DNA of 63,948 nucleotides, counting the filler, from Chrysochromulina tobinii (lineage: Eukaryota): assembly GCA_001275005.1 (NCBI GenBank). It is 5 parts of 5 records of this genome, joined end to end, with 100 filler letters (N's around TTAATTAATTAA, not from the genome) between each part and the next. Parts side by side here need not be neighbours in the genome. Positions count along the whole stretch, not along the records: positions 45,053 to 60,504 come from JWZX01000479.1; positions 60,605 to 63,948 come from JWZX01000483.1; 3 more parts are not named here. One strand, 5' to 3'. The notes beneath the pieces are model-generated. The model saw only the letters and a list, made by a program, of their open reading frames with translations. It had not been told where the DNA came from and did no database searches. The position numbers and the translations under genes were made by a program. The number at the start of each line of letters is the position of its first letter. Positions within the stretch are counted from its first letter, which is position 1. Positions 56,870 through 63,948 of the stretch are shown here, one piece after another.

Positions 56870-58743
56870 ATGCCAAGCAGCAATCAGGCTTGTGTGATCC
56901 CATCGCTGACTCCGCCCGTTTGTTTGCGTAGGGCCGCGCTCCAGATTGCACAGATGCTGGATGAGTTCGATACCGAGGTCACAGAAGACGAGCTGCGGAC
57001 ACTGGTGCACGGCAAGCACGCCAAGAAGATCCAATCTTCCGCGCGTGGGAAGGCCGCGAAGGCCGAGATCAAGCAGAAGGCAAAGCTCAAGGACGAGGAG
57101 ACCGACCGGCTTGTGAGAAAGGCGCAAGATAAGCGGGAGATCGCAATGGAATCATTTGCTCGGTACGACCGCGATGGCAGTGGCACAATCACCTTCAAGG
57201 AGCTCGGGCCCCTCCTGACTGATGTCCTCCGCCAGCATGGCTGCACCAAGAATCTGGATGCAAAGACGCTCGAGGAGTGCTTTGAGAAAGCGGACACGAA
57301 CCACGACAACCGAATCGATTTCGAGGAGTTCGTCGTGTGGCACAACCAGACGATCGCGTGGGGGCGCCGGATGAACGAGCTCGAGCGGCTCGCACAGGAA
57401 AAGCAGGACAAGGAGGACTCCGCCAAGTACATCAACACGCCAGAGGCAACGGCGATGGTGTACAACATGCTGCTTGCGTCCGGAGATGCCAAGGCCGCGT
57501 TGGAGTACAAGCACAATTACAAGCACAGCTCCGCCGAACGCACCGAGGAGGTGATCGCCTCTCGCAACCACATTGCCAAGCTGCTCGAGCTCGACGACGT
57601 GCTCTTCAGGACGAAGAGCACGAAGCTGCCCAGCTTTAGTGCGGCTGAGCGCTCAAGGCTTGCGGACTGCTTCTTGCGCGCGGCGCGCCCGACCCAAGCG
57701 GCGGCGGCGGGCCCGGTCGCGGCTCCGCGGGGCGTGCGCACGAACGCCTTGCGCAACGGAGGTGGGATCGGCGGCGCGATCAGCGGCATGGCAGGCATTA
57801 TTGACGGCATCAGCGACGCTGTCGCTGTCAGCAGTTCCACAATCGGCGACGCGTCGATCGCAGTCGGCGCTCAAGCCGGCGCTCAAGCCGGCGCTCAAGC
57901 CGGCGCTCATGTCGGCGCTCCAGATGCTCTAAAGGGGCAGCCAATGCATTTACCCATGCATGTTCGTGCGAAGGAGTCGAAGGATAATGCGGAGTGGCAG
58001 CAGACTGAGTTTATTCGAGAATTCGAGGCCGAAGAGCGACGGCAAAGGAACGTAGATTCCCTCTCGCTGAATGAGATGCAGTTCTCAATCTTCGTCGAGA
58101 TGGCTTTTGGAACCGCTGAGCGCCACTTCTCGGCCACCCTCTTTAAGATCTTCGTGCGAGATACGATCCAACGGAAGCAATCCACGAGCAAGCAGGGTGC
58201 GCTCATCTTTGACGAGCTGTGCGTCGCGCTGCGGGCTCTCAAGAGCCCCGAGCTCGATGTGCGTGCCGCCGCCGTCTTCTCCTTGTACGACGCGGACAAC
58301 TCGGGCGCCCTCTCCAGACAGGTGCCCTCTGATTGCTTATGATTGCTCATGATTGCCGTCAATTGCCTTCAGGGCATCGGAACGTAACCGACACGGGGCC
58401 ACTCGCACTCATCTCTCACTGATCTCGGAGATTTCATTCCATATTCAATTGACGAAGCATCCCCGTCTGATCCCGGGCCCGTCTGATCTCCGTCTGATCT
58501 TCGTCTGATCTCCGTCTCGCAAACCACCAGGAGGTGATCGAGATCATCGAGCAGTACAAGAGCGGGCCGACGGAGACTGACCTGCTCAGGCTCGTGAATC
58601 CATATGTTGTCACTCACGTTGGCGCGACGACGCGCCGCCACGACGACATCTACCTCTTCTCCCACTACTTGGAGCACGTCAAGAGGAACGGCGAGAACGG
58701 CACGATCACCGAGTTCCGCAAGCGTGCGCTCGACCCGGATTAG
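56870..58743 (+). CDS. IQ-motif plus EF-hand calcium-binding protein; intron 58322-58530; 5' end uncertain
   Basis: IQ motif AKKIQSSARGK. EF loops DRDGSGTITFKE, DTNHDNRIDFEE and DADNSGALSRQ|E, the last completed by splicing. Confidence 0.82.
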
Positions 58744-59066
58744 TTGCAGGTGTGCCGGAGTTCTGTCAGGAGAGGCGAGGGAGGGCGTCGATACACGATA
58801 GGATCGCCTTAGCGTAGGATCGCCGCCAGCCGGGCCGAGAGGAGCGCGCCGCCCGCCTCGAGCGCGACCCCGCCGAGCGCGGCGCGCGTACCCCGCCGCA
58901 CCGCCGCGACGAGCGCCTACACATACTCGGGCACGTCCGAGCAGCCGCGGTACCGAATGCGAAAAAGACCGTACCGTCCTTACTCCAATCTCCATTAATG
59001 GATTAAAAAAATCGGCGCTTCCTTCCGTTCTTTCCGCTCTATCTTTTAAAGCCGCCATTCGATTGC

Positions 59067-60504
59067 TTACTTTGCAGACCAGTAGTCCACACCCATGTCC
59101 TCCACACCCTGCGCTCCGGGCGCCGTGCACACGCTCCCCCGCTCGACCCACTCAGCCATCAACGAGCCGCCAGCGCCGCCTCGGAGGTTACGAGCTTGTG
59201 TCTCGGTGCCAAACGTCGCGTACACAGTCCGTGGCGCGTCGGCCGTCAGCAGGCTCCGGTCCCCGCCGAGCTGTGAAGGTGCCGAGCTGTGAAGGCTGCG
59301 GTTCCCGCCGAGCCTGTCGGCCGACGTCTCTCGAGACTTGGGCGGCGGCGGCGGCGGCGGCGGCCGCGGCGGACGGCGCACGAGGGCGTGCAGCAGGGGC
59401 ACGACGATGAGGGCGGCGGCGAGGCCCAAGCTGAGGGCGGCAAGCATCAGGACCGTGAGACACCGGAGCGACGCGAGTGGCGCAAGCACGCAGAGCGGCA
59501 GCATCCCGAGCACACTCACCCCGAAAGAGAAGAGCAGCGGCGAGGTGAGGACGCCAAGAGCACTGATCTCGAGGCTCGAGGAGCCTTCGGTCCCCTTGAA
59601 CCGTACCTCCTCAACCGGCTCCTGGCTGGCCAGGGCAGCGACCATGAAGGCCGGGGCATGTGTGAGCGCCGTGGCGGCTACGAGGGCCCATGAGAGCTGT
59701 GCGGCATTCATCGCGGGGGGTAGGAGCGCGAGCACGCCGAGCAAGAGCGAGCCGCTCGCCAGATTGGTGGAGATCGCGATCCACGTGGCCACCGGATCAA
59801 CGAGGACGAGCAGCAGCGCGGAGGCGCCCACGACGGCGCCCAAGACCCACACGCGGCAGGCGGTGGGCATCTCGCGAGCGAGCTCGAGCGCCGCGATCGT
59901 ATCGCCTTCGAGAATGAGCGTGGTGCTCGGTGGCGCGAGGGCAGGCGCGAGGGCGCGCTGGAGAGATGCGCTGAGGGCGTCGACCGCCTCGATGGCATCG
60001 TTGGTGCTAGGCGGCAGGCGCAGCAACAGACGCACGCGTGCACCGACGATGAGGGTGCGCTCGGTGGTGGCGGAGCCGGTGGTGGAGGTAGCAGTGCCCG
60101 TGGTGGAGGTAGCAGTGCCCGTGGTGGAGGTAGCAGTGCCGGTGGTGGAGGTAGCAGTGCCCGTGGTGGAGGTCGCAGTGCCGGTGGTGGAGGTAGCAGT
60201 GCCGGTGGTGGAGGTAGCAGTGCCCGTGGTGGAGGTAGCAGTGCCGGTGGTGGAGGTCGCAGTGCCGGTGGTGGTGGTGGCGAGGCGAAGCTCATCACTC
60301 AGGTGCGGCTGCCGGAGGAGCATTTCCTCGAGGCCACCGCGCTGTGCCCTGGCAGTGAGGTGCTCGCATGCAATCGTACCTGATGAGGGGGGCAATCAGA
60401 CGTCATCAGGGTGGCGCCCGGGCAGTGAGGTGCTCGCATGCAATCGCACCCTCGAGTGCTGCGAACTGCTCCACCCATGAGGAAGCAATGGAAAGCACGA
60501 GGGG
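59067..60504 (-). CDS. Patched/Dispatched (RND-like) membrane protein, C-terminal part, 5'-truncated by the gap; intron 60380-60449
   Basis: C-terminal TM bundle SPLLFSFGVSVLGMLPL...LGLAAALIVVPLL. Luminal 21-bp repeat (TTGTATS), ~9 copies, at 60065-60280. Confidence 0.55.
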
Positions 60505-60604
60505 NNNNNNNNNNNNNNNNNNNNNNNNNNNNNNNNNNNNNNNNNNNNTTAATTAATTAANNNNNNNNNNNNNNNNNNNNNNNNNNNNNNNNNNNNNNNN
60601 NNNN
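60505..60604. other. Artificial contig-join linker
   Basis: N-run with TTAATTAATTAA. Confidence 0.97.
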
Positions 60605-63600
60605 CCCTCGCCCCCGCCGCCCAGTCTGCCGCCGCCCTTGCCTAACCTGCCGCCCACGCCACCTGGTCTGCCGCCAGCCCCGCCTCGTACCCCTCCGAGC
60701 CCCTCTCTGCCGCCGCCTCGTGCGCCGCCGCCTCGTGCGCCGCCGCCTCCGAGCCCCTCTTTGCCGCCGCCCCCACCCCCGGCATTCTCGTACGTGTTCA
60801 ACGGCGAGAACTCGAGCTACACGGGCGGCTGCCAGTCGACGTGGATCCGCTCGGACACCCCCGACTACATCGGCGCCCAAGACACGGTAGTATCTTGGGA
60901 CGGGAGTAGCACCACCGGCTACTTCGACTCGGCGCTCGTGCAGTTCCCCGGCATCATCGGGTCCGGGCCGAACCAGCTGCGCCCGCACGAGCAGATCCAA
61001 CGCGCGACGCTCCGGTACTACGTGGACACAAATTTCAGCGCCTTCGCGGTGGGCGCCACCGCCCAACTGCACGAGATCTCGATCCCGTGGGACGCGAACT
61101 TGACGACGTTCCGCACCTTCGTGGGCGCGCAAGGCCTCAACGAGGCCGAGTACCGCACGCCAGCGATCGCGACCGCGTTCGCGAATCGGGATGACTGGTT
61201 CGAAATCGACGTGACGGCGGGCGTCCAGAGCTGGGTCAACGGCGTCAGCACCAACAACGGCTGGATCTGGATGCCTTCGCCGCAGAATCTCGGTGGATCT
61301 AGCGATGGCTCCCAGATGCGCGCGTGCAACGCGCCGCCAGACCGTCGCGTCAACCTGGTCGTGTTCGCGACGCTGCAGCCGCCCAGGCCGCCCTCGCCGC
61401 CCGCGCGTCCGCCGCCGCCGCCCGCGCGGCCGCCGCCGCCGCCCTCGCCGCCCCGCGCCCCGTTCACGGTCATGCAGATCCGCAACGCTGAGCACGCGCA
61501 GCTGCGCATGGTTGCTCCGGACACCAACTACGCCAACGACGTCGGTGTCTTCTGGGACGGAAATTCAGCGTGCGCGGCCAGCGGCGCACAAACCCTCTGC
61601 CCTCGTGGACGGCTCAGCTACATCAGCTGCTGCTCCCAGCGGCCTCATCCGATGTCGATCCGCTCCTGTGCTCACTCGTGTGTGTCCTCCCCTGACCCCA
61701 CCGCTCCCCTCAGGACCGATGTCGATTTCGTGCTGATGAAGTTCGACCTGAGCGCGCTCTCGGGCATGGCTCCCATCTCCCGTGCGCTCTTCCGCTACAC
61801 CGTGTATGACGGTGGCGACCAGGCAGAGATGCACGAGTTCCGCCGCGGCTGGAATGCGAGCAACGTGACGTACAACAACCTGCCGATGCCGGCGCCCCCT
61901 TGGCCCTTTTCTGCGGCGGCCATCGAGACACTCTGGGGCCCGTCGGTCAACGATCTGCCTGGCAAAGTGGCCACGCAAACCGTCGACGTGACGCCGAGCA
62001 TCAACAGGTGGCTCACGGGCACGCCCAATCATGGCTGGGTCTTCGTGCCGTACTTTGCCAACGGGGTCGGCATCCGCACCGCAGCCTGGGCTACGGTTGC
62101 GCAGCAGCCGGCGCTCGAGGTGCACTTCGACGCGCCGCCTCCACCGTCGCCGCCACCACCCTCACCGCCACCTCCTTCGCCGCCGCCACCCTCGCCTCCA
62201 CCAAGGCCACCTCCACCGTCACCGCCGCCACCCTCGCCGCCACCGTCACCTCCACCTCCTTCGCCGCCTCCACCTTCACCACCGCCATCACCGCCGCCAC
62301 CGTCTCCACCTCCACCTAGCCCACCGCCGTCTCCCCCTCCACCATCGCCGCCACCACCTTCACCGCCGCCGTCTCCTCCACCTCCTTCGCCTCCTCCACC
62401 CGCACCACCGCCTTCACCACCGCCACCGTCTCCACCTCCACCCTCACCTCCACCCTCACCACCCCCGTCGCCGCCGCCGTTGCCGCCGCCATCGCCTCCA
62501 CCGTCGCCTCCTCCCTCACCTCCGCCATCTCCACCGCCGTCGCCGCCGCCCTCGCCACCGCCCTCGCCGCCCCCGTTGCCGCCGCCCTCGCCGCCACCCT
62601 CGCCTCCACCGTCGCCGCCACCCTCACCGCCGCCGTCGCCCCCGCCACCGTCGCCGCCGCCACCATCACCGCCGCCTACAAGTCCGGGTGCATCGTACGT
62701 TTTGGAGCTCCGGTCGCAAATGAACCTGCAAGGAACCCCTCAGACCTTCAACCACATTGGATTCAAGTCGGCGATCGGCAACATGGTGCGGGTGACCCCC
62801 GACAAGGTACGAGTTCGGTCAGTCACAGTCGTGACGCCCACAGGGCGGCTTCGGCGTCTTCAGGATGCTCAGCTAGCGGTCGATTATTCAGTGATTTTCT
62901 CGAATTCGACCGCTGCTGCAGCAGGCATTGGCACAATGAGCGGTTCGGCGGCAGACATTCAGGCTGGCTTGGCAAGTGCAGGCTTTCCAGCAACCGTCAC
63001 ATCCGTTGCAGCGCCCTCCTTGTCTGCGCAAACGTACAATGCTCCTTCGCCGCCACCGCCATCGCCACCACCGTCACCGCCGCCATCGCCTCCACCGCCG
63101 TCGCCACCTCCACCCAGCCCCCCTCCATCTCCTCCACCGCCATCACCGCCTCCACCCAGCCCACCTCCATCACCGCCTCCACCCTCACCGCCGCCACCGT
63201 CGCCGCCACTGCCGTCGCCTCCACCGCCATCTCCGCCGCCACCCTCACCACCGCCACCCGTGCCTCCACCGTCACCTCCGCCCTCGCCGCCTCCATCACC
63301 GCCTCCGTCACCACCACCTTCGCCGCCTCCGTCGCCACCGCCGTTGCCTCCTCCCTCACCTCCGCCATCATCGCCTCCATCACCGCCTCCATCACCGCCA
63401 CCTTTGCCTCCTCCGTCTCCTCCACCGTCTCCGCCACCGTCTCCTCCACCGCCCTCTCCGCCGCCTCCTCCCTCGCCACCGCCCTCTCCTCCACCTCCAA
63501 GCACGCCGCCCTCGCCGCCTCCACCTTCACCGCCGCCCTCGCCGCCACCTCCGAGCCCTCCACCCTCGCCTCCCCCTCCTTCTCCACCTCCGTCACCGCC

Positions 63601-63948
63601 ACCTCCAAGCCCGCCACCGTCGCCACCGCCGCCCTCGCCGCCGCCCTCGCCGCCGCCACCTTCGCCGCCGCCATCACCTCCTCCACCATCACCTCCTCCT
63701 TCACCACCTCCGCCGTCGCCTCCACCCCCCCCGCCGCCTCCCTCGCCACCGCCCTCGCCGCCTCCACCCTCCCCACCGCCCTCGCCGCCTCCACCATCAC
63801 CGCCGCCATCACCTCCTCCACCCTCGCCTCCTCCTTCACCCCTCCGCCGTCGCCTCCACCCCGCCCGCCGCCTCCCTCGCCGCCTCCGTCGCCTCCACCT
63901 CCAAGCCCGCCACCGTCGCCACCGCCGCCCTCTCCACCGCCCTCGCCA
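60605..63948 (+). CDS. Extensin/pherophorin-like (SPPPP)n surface protein with two DNRLRE/CBM96-like domains and a SEA-like domain; partial at both ends; intron 61570-61713
   Basis: Not in the ORF track. Translates ...SALVQFPGIIGSGPNQL...IQRATLRYY...WFEIDVTAGVQSWVNGVSTNNGWIW... and ...VLMKFDLS...VDVTPSINRWLTGTPNHGWVF..., between long Ser-Pro tracts. A domain containing GRLRRLQ lies at 62680-63045. Confidence 0.8.

Noticed and set aside
62959..63839. Gly-rich and Val/Ala/Glu-rich minus-strand ORFs
   Set aside because: They are the reverse complement of the (SPPPP)n coding tract on the plus strand.
1..63948. tRNA/rRNA genes, telomeric repeats, transposase or reverse-transcriptase ORFs
   Set aside because: None were recognised on either strand by inspection.

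Overview
A gene-dense, GC-rich eukaryotic window with short GT-AG spliceosomal introns. It is probably from a haptophyte alga such as Chrysochromulina; this is inferred from gene content, bipartite targeting peptides and intron style. It consists of five contigs joined by 100-nt N/TTAATTAATTAA linkers, so gene adjacency across a linker is not proven. About 22 genes or gene fragments can be supported, including a Clp/Hsp100 ATPase, GAPN, a mitochondrial carrier, an RsuA-family synthase, WBP11, LRRC6/DNAAF11, an Mn-CDF transporter, PNGase A, an HTTM-like protein, EF-hand proteins, coiled-coil proteins and a Pro-rich DNRLRE-like surface protein. Two complex minisatellite regions sit at contig ends. 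The standout locus is a 9-exon, ~1857-aa NLR-like gene (3014-9111). Its NACHT NTPase has no N-terminal effector but carries a RelA/SpoT (alarmone synthetase)-like domain inserted inside the module. It also has a second integrated domain that replaced part of a duplicated segment, and seven near-identical HET-E-like WD40 repeats, each on its own exon and separated by copies of one intron. A second pattern recurs in four unrelated genes: introns that carry a copy of the adjacent exon end, often with branch-point-like microsatellites, which suggests a duplication-based intron-gain mechanism. All domain calls are by motif recognition only; no searches were run.
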